In this document: positions 19,962 to 29,323 of the stretch, in pieces
Numbering within the stretch: the first letter of the stretch is position 1
Layout of the letters: every line of letters starts with the position of its first letter
The notes under the pieces: model-generated
What the model was told of the DNA's origin: nothing
The model's database searches: none
The model's input: only the letters and a program-made list of their open reading frames with translations
Assembly: GCA_965197745.1 (NCBI GenBank)
Contig: CBDANS010000006.1
Span: 1,216,001 to 1,280,000, forward strand
Source: Opitutales bacterium
GTDB lineage: Bacteria; Verrucomicrobiota; Verrucomicrobiia; Opitutales; PNEW01
Direction: 5' to 3'
DNA length: 64,000 bases
Made by a program: the position numbers and the translations under genes

Positions 19962-20858
19962 TTACCGGGTTTCTGTTAAAACATGTTCGATAAGCGATTC
20001 CGCATAGTCGGATTCAGCTTTGCTCAGCGTGTAGGTAGAGGAGCGCACGACAGGCTGATCGATTAATCCCTGACGGGCAAGCAAGCGCTTTTCTAAATGG
20101 AGAAGAATTTCCAAATTTTGCAGGGAATAATTGATGAAGGGCAATAGACGCCCCATTTCGGTAATAGCATTTGTCATCTCATCATCCCTGGCCAGGCGGT
20201 AAATACGGTTAAGGGGTTCGAGCAATGCCATACCCGGCATCACGCCGCATAATCCATGGGGAATTAATTCTAACATATAGTAACCACCCCAACCCTCGAG
20301 GACACCCACGCGATCATTCACGCGATCACGAATCGCCAGTAATTTATTAACAAATAAAGGTTCCTCCAGTTTAACATAGGTAAAATTAGGATGATTCTTG
20401 TTCAGGGTGTGTATTAATTCAGGACCAATTGTCGGTCCCCCGGGATTGAAATCCTGGACTAATAAGGGAAGGGAAATTGCGTCAGCAATTCTGCTTAAGT
20501 GGTTCAAGACATCACTTTCACTTATAGCGAACAGGCGTGGAACCGCAGTGGAGATCATGTCCACGCCCATTTCCTGGTAATGTCGGGCTATCTCGCAAGC
20601 AACACGGCTGGATACATGATTGGCCTGTCCAATAACCGGTATTTTTTTTGCGGCCGCTTCTACGGCAGTACCGATAACCGCTTCGCGTTCTTTATCTGTC
20701 AGCTTATAAAACTCACTGGCATAAGCAGGGAGACAGATTGCTTCCGCGCTTGATTGGGAGCAGAATTCAACCAGGCGTTTTAAATCCGCATGGTTAATGG
20801 ATTCGTCTTCATTGAACGGAACCGGAACAATAGGGACAATACCATCAATATTTATCAT
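19962..20858 (-). CDS. Dihydrodipicolinate synthase-like (DHDPS/NAL family) aldolase/dehydratase
   Basis: GIVPIVPVPFNEDESI, SEFYKLTDKER, IPVIG, YVKLE Schiff-base Lys; lacks the GTTGE motif of true DapA. Confidence 0.85.
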   Translation of the reverse strand: MINIDGIVPIVPVPFNEDESINHADLKRLVEFCSQSSAEAICLPAYASEFYKLTDKEREAVIGTAVEAAAKKIPVIGQANHVSSRVACEIARHYQEMGVDMISTAVPRLFAISESDVLNHLSRIADAISLPLLVQDFNPGGPTIGPELIHTLNKNHPNFTYVKLEEPLFVNKLLAIRDRVNDRVGVLEGWGGYYMLELIPHGLCGVMPGMALLEPLNRIYRLARDDEMTNAITEMGRLLPFINYSLQNLEILLHLEKRLLARQGLIDQPVVRSSTYTLSKAESDYAESLIEHVLTETR

Positions 20859-20986
20859 GGGGGTGATCTTTTATTTATATAGGGATAAATGGCAAAGGAG
20901 AATTAAAATTTACCGCGGAGGTGTTAAGATCGCTATGTCAATGGAATGATCAGGCGGTGTGTTCTAAATGTCATTTTACAAAAATA

Positions 20987-21255
20987 CTCCTATTGTCATT
21001 GCGAGGGAGGCTATCAGCCGACTGCGGCAATCCAGAAATATTGAATTGACCGATATTACATTTGAACCGAACTAAAAGTATGTGCGCAATATCTATTACG
21101 AATTACAACCTTGCTAATAAGCATGACAGAGGACTCATTGGGTATTTATGAGCGAAGAATGATATTTGCAGGCACAGTGACTATTCGCCTGGAATGGAAG
21201 ATGTCGCTGCGCTCGGTAGCCACGTCGCGCTGCTCCTCGCAATGACAAAAGGGAG
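20987..21255. repeat. MITE/REPIN-like element bounded by inverted GTCATTGCGAG repeats
   Basis: CTCCTATTGTCATTGCGAGG (20987-) pairs with CCTCGCAATGACAAAAGGGAG (-21255); the right arm has the 33-nt insert, the left arm lacks it. Confidence 0.7.
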
Positions 21256-21374
21256 ATTAATGAAAACTGTTAAGAACAACCTTAAATCCGCAACTTGTCA
21301 CGCCATTGCCTCGTCATCTCGAGGAGCGATGGCTGATTCGCAATAGGATCGAGGGCGAAGCCCGCCATTTCCCA

Positions 21375-22130
21375 TCAACCTCGAAAATCTTCAGCAGAAT
21401 CCTGGGGCACATATCCCAAGACTTCCCGTGGATGTTCTATATCTCTAATTCCCCACTTGTTGTTCGAAGAGGCGAAGAATATATCATACTTTAAATCATC
21501 AGGCGCTTCGATACAACGATGAAGAAAATCTGCGGTATCCCGGTGGCTGAGGAAAGCTGCGTATTCAAGGATATCAACGGGTCGATTCTCGGTGCGCACC
21601 CGTCCTAATCGAACACAGAGAACGGAGATGCCGTAAGCATCCGCATAATGACGGCCCAACGCCTCTCCCCAGACTTTCGACGCGCCGTATAACCCTCTTG
21701 CACGAACCATATCGTGGGTGAGCATGGGCCATTTTTCAGGAACTTCATCGTAACGTCCGGCAAATATAGCTTCATAGGGGGCTTCTGTGACCCACCCCGC
21801 GCAGGTGGCTACTGAACTGGCGTAAACGATGCGCTTGACACCGGCCAGTCTCGCAGCCTCGAAAACATTATAAGTCCCCATAACATTAATGCGCAGCATC
21901 GAGTCTCGGTCATCTTCAGAAATTTGTGCCGCGAGATGGACAACGACATCCTGTCCAACAAAAGCCGGTTTAATAGCCTCCAGATCACCGAGGTCGGCCT
22001 GAGTAGTCGGGACCCCTTCGACCATTCTCCTATTTAATGCGCTGAGCTCATACCCACCCACCGTTTCCAGGTGCTTGCGTAAAACCCCGCCAATCAGCCC
22101 GCTCATCCCGGTTATCAGTATTTTCTTCAT
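21375..22130 (-). CDS. NAD-dependent epimerase/dehydratase (uronate dehydrogenase-like)
   Basis: ITGMSGLIG, VVHLAA, VYASS, YGASK. Confidence 0.88.
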   Translation of the reverse strand: MKKILITGMSGLIGGVLRKHLETVGGYELSALNRRMVEGVPTTQADLGDLEAIKPAFVGQDVVVHLAAQISEDDRDSMLRINVMGTYNVFEAARLAGVKRIVYASSVATCAGWVTEAPYEAIFAGRYDEVPEKWPMLTHDMVRARGLYGASKVWGEALGRHYADAYGISVLCVRLGRVRTENRPVDILEYAAFLSHRDTADFLHRCIEAPDDLKYDIFFASSNNKWGIRDIEHPREVLGYVPQDSAEDFRG

Positions 22131-22271
22131 CCCTTTTTTATGTCACCGTAAATGATTCTTGAGAATTACGATGAATCCTAAAAATGAGGGCAAGAATTTC
22201 TGCAAATGTAATCAAGCTTATTCGTAAATCATCGGCATTAAATGTGCTTCAGGACTTGCAGGTTGGTTTAC

Positions 22272-24245
22272 TTACACCGAAGTCTCTACGACGATTATAA
22301 ATATCGTGGTACCCTCGCCGTTTATAAATCTGACATCGATGTTTCGCGATGGCTGATCTGTATTATCGGATTTAATATTATTTTGTGAAATCAAGGTAGA
22401 GAAGCCTGCTTTCGTCGAATCACCTGGCGCTATAATGATTGGAGAACCGTTACTCTGCAATAGGTCTCCACCCGTAATTCTTAGCCCCGGGTTAGGGGCA
22501 CGGACCGTGAATGACCCACTGCCAAATTGAAGGTAGGGAACAGCATCTTCACTAGCGTCAATATCACCAATTAGAATACGTACCGCTACCGGTACTCCGC
22601 GCGCGTCAATCCCTATTTTTCCAGTCTTACCCGAAAACCTGGTATTCGCACACTGAACACCCCCTATCCCGGTAGAATTTATAATTTCAAGTAGCGCTAC
22701 GTCCGCCATGGCATCGTATGCCACCCCGTTGAGAAGCAGGTTTGAGTTTACAGCATTGGTCGACCCCACGGTAAAAATGCTGATATAGGTATTATCGTCT
22801 GCTTCTTCGATTGTCACCCGGGCCCGGCCTTTGGCATAATTTACAGCCGGTTGGTTATATTTGAGAGGTGGAGCTGGCGGCTCATATGTCACTGGATCCA
22901 GGGTAAGGGTCATTAACCCATTTCCGGAGAATTCTACCTGCACGATGTCATAATTTTCATCAATATAGGAAACGCGGGTGACATGTCCCTCTCTGCTTCG
23001 AACTTTAACGCTCTCACCGGTAAGCAGCACCTGGTCATAGATGATACCGCTTGGGTGTAAGATATTTTCTCCTGCGATTTCCCCTGATCCCTCGATCACG
23101 ATTGGATCGGAAAGCGATCCGACGGTAAGTTGGGAATCGGCAGCCGCGATAGGAGTGAATCCAAAGTCGTCGAGAGTAACGGCATGAAATTTCGTATTGA
23201 TAGAGAGAAGAGGACTATTGCTATAGGTGATTTTACCAATACCACCGGGCGCCCCTAATTCCTCAGCGTTGAAGTCGAAATAGGTAAATGGAATATTGGA
23301 TATGATTGCGATACTGCGAGCGAGATCCTTTCTCGAAGTGAGGAGATTGTCGTTTGTGTCAAAAACTTTAATTTCTCCGTCACCCAATAAATAAAGTGCG
23401 GCATAGAACTGGACTTGTGCCGCGGGTGTCTCAAAGGTAATCGTTCCTGTGCTGTTATTATGTATTAACCAGGCAGCCTGGGCTAAATTTTCATTACTTA
23501 TGGGATGAGAGTGATTATAAGAGGTTAATCGCAACGAGGTTCTTCCGATAATGCCATCAGCGAGGCCACCGGTAAAAGTAGCGGTAACGGGTGATTGGCC
23601 GATAGTAAAATTTTCCTGGTCCGCAAATACTGGATTATTTACTATCTTTTCAAAATCTTCGAAGACAGTATTATTCGGTGGCCCCTCGGTCAGTGTATAC
23701 CCTAAATCGTCAAGAGCAAAGAGACCCCTGACATCCTTAATTTTAATTTCTCTAATACCACTTGTGTAATTGAGATCTTCAAGGTCTTCAAACTCGCCAC
23801 TGAAAGCGACAAAGCTTTGTCGAGAGGGGACTGCTTGTGAATTAATTGAGGTCGGCAGACCTTCGACGAAGCCATTCGACTGGATGAAGAAATCATTTCT
23901 ATCCCTGAGTTCGATACGCCCTGCCCCCAAAGTTTCAGCGGCATGGAATTGCAGATGATTTACGCCTCGATTGAATAAAATTTTTCCTTCTTCACCGGCC
24001 TCTAGAACCAAAGCTCTGAATCCTGAATGAGCGAGGTTAGGATTATCTACCGACTCTACTTTGAACCCAATAAAGCGAATCCTGTTTGTCGGTTCACCGA
24101 GGGAAAAATCCTCCATTCCGAAGACATCTTCAAAATCGATAAATACTTCGAGGTCACGGGGCTCGGCAACGAGCCTGGAGGTAAATCCTAAAAATATTAA
24201 AAGTAAAACTTGAAAGCATATGATTTTTAAACGAGCAAATGTCAT
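22272..24245 (-). CDS. Large secreted protein, paralog of 16613..18851 without the Ig domain
   Basis: Signal-like N terminus, two DFE...DD(L/F)G repeats, C-terminal domain GEIAGENILHPSGIIYDQVLLTG...DIVQVEFSG; start could be 24317 or 24245. Confidence 0.8.
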   Translation of the reverse strand: MTFARLKIICFQVLLLIFLGFTSRLVAEPRDLEVFIDFEDVFGMEDFSLGEPTNRIRFIGFKVESVDNPNLAHSGFRALVLEAGEEGKILFNRGVNHLQFHAAETLGAGRIELRDRNDFFIQSNGFVEGLPTSINSQAVPSRQSFVAFSGEFEDLEDLNYTSGIREIKIKDVRGLFALDDLGYTLTEGPPNNTVFEDFEKIVNNPVFADQENFTIGQSPVTATFTGGLADGIIGRTSLRLTSYNHSHPISNENLAQAAWLIHNNSTGTITFETPAAQVQFYAALYLLGDGEIKVFDTNDNLLTSRKDLARSIAIISNIPFTYFDFNAEELGAPGGIGKITYSNSPLLSINTKFHAVTLDDFGFTPIAAADSQLTVGSLSDPIVIEGSGEIAGENILHPSGIIYDQVLLTGESVKVRSREGHVTRVSYIDENYDIVQVEFSGNGLMTLTLDPVTYEPPAPPLKYNQPAVNYAKGRARVTIEEADDNTYISIFTVGSTNAVNSNLLLNGVAYDAMADVALLEIINSTGIGGVQCANTRFSGKTGKIGIDARGVPVAVRILIGDIDASEDAVPYLQFGSGSFTVRAPNPGLRITGGDLLQSNGSPIIIAPGDSTKAGFSTLISQNNIKSDNTDQPSRNIDVRFINGEGTTIFIIVVETSV

Positions 24246-24515
24246 ATACACATAGGCAGCTCCACCCATATTAACGGAAAAAATCCGGTCGATGCACACA
24301 AGTTGTGCTGCTCTCATGTATCAAGGATAGTTACATTTTATCCCATATAAAGAAAAAGGGGGAGAAACAGTATGGATTATTTCCCCAAATATATTTCAAG
24401 AGAGGGTCTGAAATGGGGGATATTTCCCAAATACCCATTAGATTTTCATCTCTGAAAACACGATCAGATTTATAATTAACTTAAATTTAACAACCTACGC
24501 ACCAAAGATAAAAGT

Positions 24516-24530
24516 TGGCACAGGGTATGC
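24516..24530 (+). promoter_or_regulatory. Putative sigma54 (-24/-12) promoter
   Basis: TGGCACAGGGTATGC: GG and GC exactly 10 nt apart, 36 nt before the cyclase ATG. Confidence 0.55.
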
Positions 24531-24566
24531 GTAATAATGATTGTTAATCTAACAAGCTAACCCTAT

Positions 24567-25487
24567 ATGAGCTGTCTTCAATTTGGAAAATATTTATTAT
24601 CTGTATTTCCGTCATTAAGGCGTGAAACAAATCCCCCGTTATCCGGAGTAAAGGAAAATACGGACGTCGGTAAGGAAAGGAAGAGGGGGTGTATTAAAAA
24701 GGATTATATTTATGCCGATGAACTGAAGCAAATAATAGCCAGTGTCTGGAAGCTCAATGATCTGGCGATAAAGAATCGGGAACTGTCGGATCAACTGTCA
24801 GAAAACAGAAACGCCCAGGATAATGTTCTGAAATTACTCAAACGTTATGTTCCGGAACAGGTATTAACCGATGTATTAGACACCAGAAACATTGATATCA
24901 CGCCGCCCGGGAAATCCAGATTTGTCTCGATCTTGTTTTCCGACATTCGAAGTTTTACGAGGATATCCGGCAGGATGAAACCCCACCAGGTGGTGGCGTT
25001 CTTGAACGATTACTGGAAAATAATGCTGAGAAGTGTTATAAAGAACAACGGTTCAGTGAACAAATTTATGGGTGACGGGTTACTGGCAATCTTTGGCACC
25101 CCATTGCCTTATGCTGATAATCATGAAAATGCGGTCTACGCCGCTTTAGATATGGTTAAAGAACTGGAGAAAATAAATGAACAATATTCTGCTATACTAG
25201 GATCTGAGATTCAGATTGGAGTTGGCATCAATACAGGTGAAGTTGTCGTCGGGAATATTGGAACCGATGACTATATGGAATATACGGTAATTGGAGATAC
25301 CGTTAATGTAGCCTCACGACTTGAATCCTTAAGCAAACCCAATCCCAATTCCATAATTATCAGTGAGCGGACTTATGACTATGTGAAAAACGTTTTTCAA
25401 ACTACCGAAATGAAAGAATCCATGGTTGCAGGTAAAGATGAACCGATAGTCTTTTGTGAAGTATTGGGAAAAAAGAGACTAAATTAG
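24567..25487 (+). CDS. Class III adenylate/guanylate cyclase
   Basis: ILFSDIRSFT, KFMGDG, GVGINTGEVVVGNIG, YTVIGDTVNVASRLE; coiled-coil-like N terminus. Confidence 0.92.
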   Translation: MSCLQFGKYLLSVFPSLRRETNPPLSGVKENTDVGKERKRGCIKKDYIYADELKQIIASVWKLNDLAIKNRELSDQLSENRNAQDNVLKLLKRYVPEQVLTDVLDTRNIDITPPGKSRFVSILFSDIRSFTRISGRMKPHQVVAFLNDYWKIMLRSVIKNNGSVNKFMGDGLLAIFGTPLPYADNHENAVYAALDMVKELEKINEQYSAILGSEIQIGVGINTGEVVVGNIGTDDYMEYTVIGDTVNVASRLESLSKPNPNSIIISERTYDYVKNVFQTTEMKESMVAGKDEPIVFCEVLGKKRLN

Positions 25488-25658
25488 TCGCGACTCTGCG
25501 GTAATTTTGGATATTTACGGTTGATAGACGGTGACGTATTCCGGTCTATGGCTCGGCATTTAATTTCTGATCGCAATTTTCAGTGCTCTGCTTTGTTATA
25601 GACCTGGTCCATTTGAATATCTCAGAAAAGTTTATTGAATAAGCACGGAGTCTGAAGG

Positions 25659-27569
25659 TTGAGTAGAGAATATTTCTGCGTTCCGAAAAAGTTAACCTTG
25701 TTTTATGACAAGGATGAAGAATCCCGGTGTTACCAATATGCAGTCTCGGAAACGGGACGTCTTTTCGGGCGTATCGGAGTGGCGACGGATAAGGTTCACG
25801 GGGGATCAGGTGGGGCCCCATTCTATCTTCAACTGGTGACACCCGATCAAAAGTCTCGCGAAGTTGAAATCCCTTCTCTGGGATCAATCGATGATGGCTA
25901 TCGAATTTCAATAACTGATACCGGTGTCACCCTCTACTCAGCATCGACGAAAGGAATACTCAACGGAGTTTATGATGCAGCAGAACGCGTTGGCTACTTT
26001 TTCCTTTACCCCGGCCTTGACGGCGAATGGCAACCCTCGGCAGAAGATACTATCACGCTGTCCCTGGTCGATGAGATCGTGGAGCCGAGATTTCCTCATC
26101 GGGGCGTGTTTTGGGAGGGTAAAAATGCTAACGATTATACGGATGAAGAGTGGCTGCGTTTTTACGCCAAGCTGCGCTTCAACGCGTTGAGACACGAGAT
26201 CGACGATCTTAACTTAACGGATGAACTTGGATTACGTTTAGAAGTGGGGGGTCATGAGTTGAAAGAGCTATTACCGCGTGAACACTATGATAAGCACCCG
26301 GAATGGTATCGTTTGGTCCAACCAAAAGACTTCAGCGGTCAGCGTTCAAATGATTTGAATTACTCGGTAACTAATGAGGAGGCGCGATTGGAAGTTAAAA
26401 GTAATTTTCGAGAAAAACTTAAAACTGTCGCCGGAGTCCATGCCCTACATGCCTGGCCGGATGATTTACCCGGAGGGGGATGGTGTTACTCTTCGACAAG
26501 CCGGGCGTTTTCTCCCGCTGATCAGGCAATGCTGGCGATGCGCACTTTGGCCGAAGTAGTGGAAGAGGAAAAATTGCCATTGCGCATTCCGGTCTTAGCT
26601 TATCATGACACCCTGTTTCCGGGTACGCAGGTTGATGTGTCTAAAGAATGCTTTCTCCTCTTTGCTCCGCGTGAACGATGTTATGGTCATGCCTTGAATG
26701 ACCCTGCCTGTAAACGGAACCAGGTCTACTGCCAGGCCTTAAAAGAATGGATGGTTAAATTTGAAAACATCGACGATGCGCACACATTCGAATATTATTT
26801 TGACCAGATCCTCTTTCGTGGAATCTATCCCTTTCTTCCCGGTGTTATCATTGCCGATATGAGTGTTTATCAGGATCAGCGTATTGAATGCCATATGTCC
26901 CTTCAGGTAGGCGGCCCGGCGATCGCGCCTGAGCACAATATGCTTCTCTTCGCGCGCGCGCAGTGGGACGAGGATCTGACAACGGAATCCTATATCGATT
27001 ATTTTGCAAAACACCTTTGCCCTGAACATTGTGAACCATGGGTGGCGTTCCTCACCCGTCGCGGCCAGATATTTGCCGACGCATTGCGAATGTGCGACCA
27101 TGATTTAAATAATTATTTCGATTATCGCTGGCTCCCTGAAACGACTACACCCTTTGGAAAAGCAGTCGCTCAAGCTTATGAAAATGCTGCCGTTGCGATG
27201 GGTCACGCCACCGACAATCTGGAAAGTTCTGTTGAGACTTATTGGCCGACACGCTTAAGTGAGTTGGCGAAGAATGAAATCAGCCGCGCGCGATTCGAGA
27301 CCCAAGAGTTTCACGTCATGCACCTCCAGCAATTAGCCATGTATAATTTCGGCTTTTTCCTCAATACGCGCGAAGTTAAATACGCGGAAAAGGGAGTAAA
27401 ACTCCTGGAACAGACTATCATCGCGCAAGATGAAGCGATAAAGAAAGCAAAGAAGGCAAAGCTTCCCGCCGACAGTTATTACTTTAAATTGGTGAAAGAT
27501 TGGCTTCGTCCTGAATTTGAGGAAAAAATCAAAATTTACCGATCGGCTATCGGAAAAATTAATAAATAA
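25659..27569 (+). CDS. DUF4838-like / glycoside-hydrolase-like protein
   Basis: GILNGVYD...GYFFLYPG, EPRFPHRG, HPEWY, LAYHDT, FEYY pattern typical of DUF4838-type proteins. Confidence 0.6.
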   Translation: MSREYFCVPKKLTLFYDKDEESRCYQYAVSETGRLFGRIGVATDKVHGGSGGAPFYLQLVTPDQKSREVEIPSLGSIDDGYRISITDTGVTLYSASTKGILNGVYDAAERVGYFFLYPGLDGEWQPSAEDTITLSLVDEIVEPRFPHRGVFWEGKNANDYTDEEWLRFYAKLRFNALRHEIDDLNLTDELGLRLEVGGHELKELLPREHYDKHPEWYRLVQPKDFSGQRSNDLNYSVTNEEARLEVKSNFREKLKTVAGVHALHAWPDDLPGGGWCYSSTSRAFSPADQAMLAMRTLAEVVEEEKLPLRIPVLAYHDTLFPGTQVDVSKECFLLFAPRERCYGHALNDPACKRNQVYCQALKEWMVKFENIDDAHTFEYYFDQILFRGIYPFLPGVIIADMSVYQDQRIECHMSLQVGGPAIAPEHNMLLFARAQWDEDLTTESYIDYFAKHLCPEHCEPWVAFLTRRGQIFADALRMCDHDLNNYFDYRWLPETTTPFGKAVAQAYENAAVAMGHATDNLESSVETYWPTRLSELAKNEISRARFETQEFHVMHLQQLAMYNFGFFLNTREVKYAEKGVKLLEQTIIAQDEAIKKAKKAKLPADSYYFKLVKDWLRPEFEEKIKIYRSAIGKINK

Positions 27570-27696
27570 GATTGGCTCGCCTCGAGGTGAATTAAATTAC
27601 GCCCTATCGGTTTGAGCACAAATTCCTTGCTTTAAAGGCAGCGGCTAACAATCTTTTATTGTTCAATTAAACGGTAACCAGGAAAAAACATTACAC

Positions 27697-28161
27697 ATGA
27701 GCGCAGATGCACGTATATCAGAACTGAACCTTGAACTGCCACCAGCCACTAAACCCGCAGGTGTCTATAAACCAATAGTCATAGCGGGTAACATGGCATA
27801 TATATCCGGGCACGGGCCTTACAAGTCCGATGAGACCATGATTCAAGGCCGCGTCGGGGAGGAACTCGATCTTGATGCCGGAAAAGCGGCGGCTAGACAG
27901 GTGGGTCTAGCGATTTTAGCGACCCTTCGCGAGAACCTGGGAAGCCTCGATCGTGTTAAAAGGGTGGTGAAGCTGTTGGGCATGGTAAACAGCACCCCCG
28001 ATTTTTTAGATCATCCTATAGTTATCAATGGATGCAGTGAATTATTTAGCGAAGTATTCGGCGAGGAAAATGGAATTGGAGCCCGCAGTGCTGTCGGTAT
28101 GGTTGTCTTACCGGGAAATATCACGGTTGAAATTGAAGCGATTTTTGAAATTGCGATGTGA
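27697..28161 (+). CDS. RidA/YjgF family protein
   Basis: YISGHGP, GSLDRVKRVVKLLGMVN, VINGCSEL, ARSAVG, LPGNITVEIE. Confidence 0.92.
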   Translation: MSADARISELNLELPPATKPAGVYKPIVIAGNMAYISGHGPYKSDETMIQGRVGEELDLDAGKAAARQVGLAILATLRENLGSLDRVKRVVKLLGMVNSTPDFLDHPIVINGCSELFSEVFGEENGIGARSAVGMVVLPGNITVEIEAIFEIAM

Positions 28162-28206
28162 ATCGAAGGGTGCCCGGTTTAAGCATTGATTCATCATCTT
28201 CGTCGC

Positions 28207-29121
28207 TTAATTACTTTCCAATTTTAAGGATCGTTTCCCGAAGTATTTTTCCCAGCGGCTGAGATTTACAGATTCTTTTTCGATGGTGCGTATGTGTTCT
28301 TCTATTTTTTGGACGTAAGGATTTACACCGTTTGGCCAGGGTTGAGCGAGAAATCTGAATAGACCGTGGCATTCTTTATCCAGTTTTGGAATTACCAGTT
28401 TTTCCCAGAATATTGGGGTGCCACGAAATAGTTCTTCCGTGTTTTTGAACATGCGATTATCCTTGGGGATATTGCGGTAGTTATCTGATTCTTCAAATTC
28501 AAGAAACAGGTTCGGTAACTTATGCAAATAGTCAGGGTCGCTCATCTGGCCGAGGTAATCTGCGCTGCACACGGATTCTCCGATAATTTTTTCAAGAGGG
28601 TTATGAAAGGGGATTGCATCGATAATGCTGCGAGGACCGGTACAGCTGATGAGATGCTGAACGGTGGTTATGTCTTTTTTTTGCCACTCTTTTTGTGAGA
28701 GGTAATAATCAGCCAGTTCACAGCTTCTCTTCTCATGGACAAATGTGTATTTTGCCCCAGTGCCTTCATCGTCACCTTTCGCTTTAAGAAATCCAACATA
28801 ATGAAGCATTACCGCAAACAGGCCTATTTCAAAATCTCTGGACGTCATAATGGGTTTGGCTTTGAGCAAGGTTCTATTGGCAATCATCCGCGTCCAACAT
28901 AGGGTCACCTGCAAAGTGTGTTCCAGGTCATGGTAGAGCGTATCCATTGCCTGATAATCCCAGAAATTGCCGGCAAAGATCTCACTTACATCCTCAAAGA
29001 GCTGGGATATTGCTGCGGTGTCAGCTTCAGGAAATACTTCATTCTGTATTTTCAAAACCGCTTTAGTCACTTCACGAAAGTCGTGTGTATTTAATTCCTC
29101 GAGCGTGTATTTTAAAGTCAT
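28207..29121 (-). CDS. HD-superfamily metal-dependent phosphohydrolase-like protein
   Basis: YHDLEHT, LHYVG (HD position), HEKRS, SADYLGQM, LFLEFEE. Confidence 0.7.
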   Translation of the reverse strand: MTLKYTLEELNTHDFREVTKAVLKIQNEVFPEADTAAISQLFEDVSEIFAGNFWDYQAMDTLYHDLEHTLQVTLCWTRMIANRTLLKAKPIMTSRDFEIGLFAVMLHYVGFLKAKGDDEGTGAKYTFVHEKRSCELADYYLSQKEWQKKDITTVQHLISCTGPRSIIDAIPFHNPLEKIIGESVCSADYLGQMSDPDYLHKLPNLFLEFEESDNYRNIPKDNRMFKNTEELFRGTPIFWEKLVIPKLDKECHGLFRFLAQPWPNGVNPYVQKIEEHIRTIEKESVNLSRWEKYFGKRSLKLESN

Positions 29122-29323
29122 GTTTAGCAGTCAGAAAAACCCAATAGTTACTAATAATAAAGTAAAATAATCTTAAGATCGGATATCTGCTTAGTCAAGT
29201 TGAGGACATATTAAAGGAAAAATGACTGGATATAAGTTGCATGTCCCCTGTCTCGAGAAGTATCATTAAAGTATGCGAAAACTATTGATAATCAGCTTTT
29301 AAGCTGTAAGAAAAAAACCGCGC

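Noticed and set aside
19962..20858. dapA (lysine biosynthesis)
   Set aside because: Lacks the GTTGE motif and the catalytic Tyr context (has LVQD); only a family-level call is supported.
11400..21370. CRISPR array from the recurring ~33-nt sequence
   Set aside because: Copies are kilobases apart, in both orientations, without regular spacers, and no cas genes are present.
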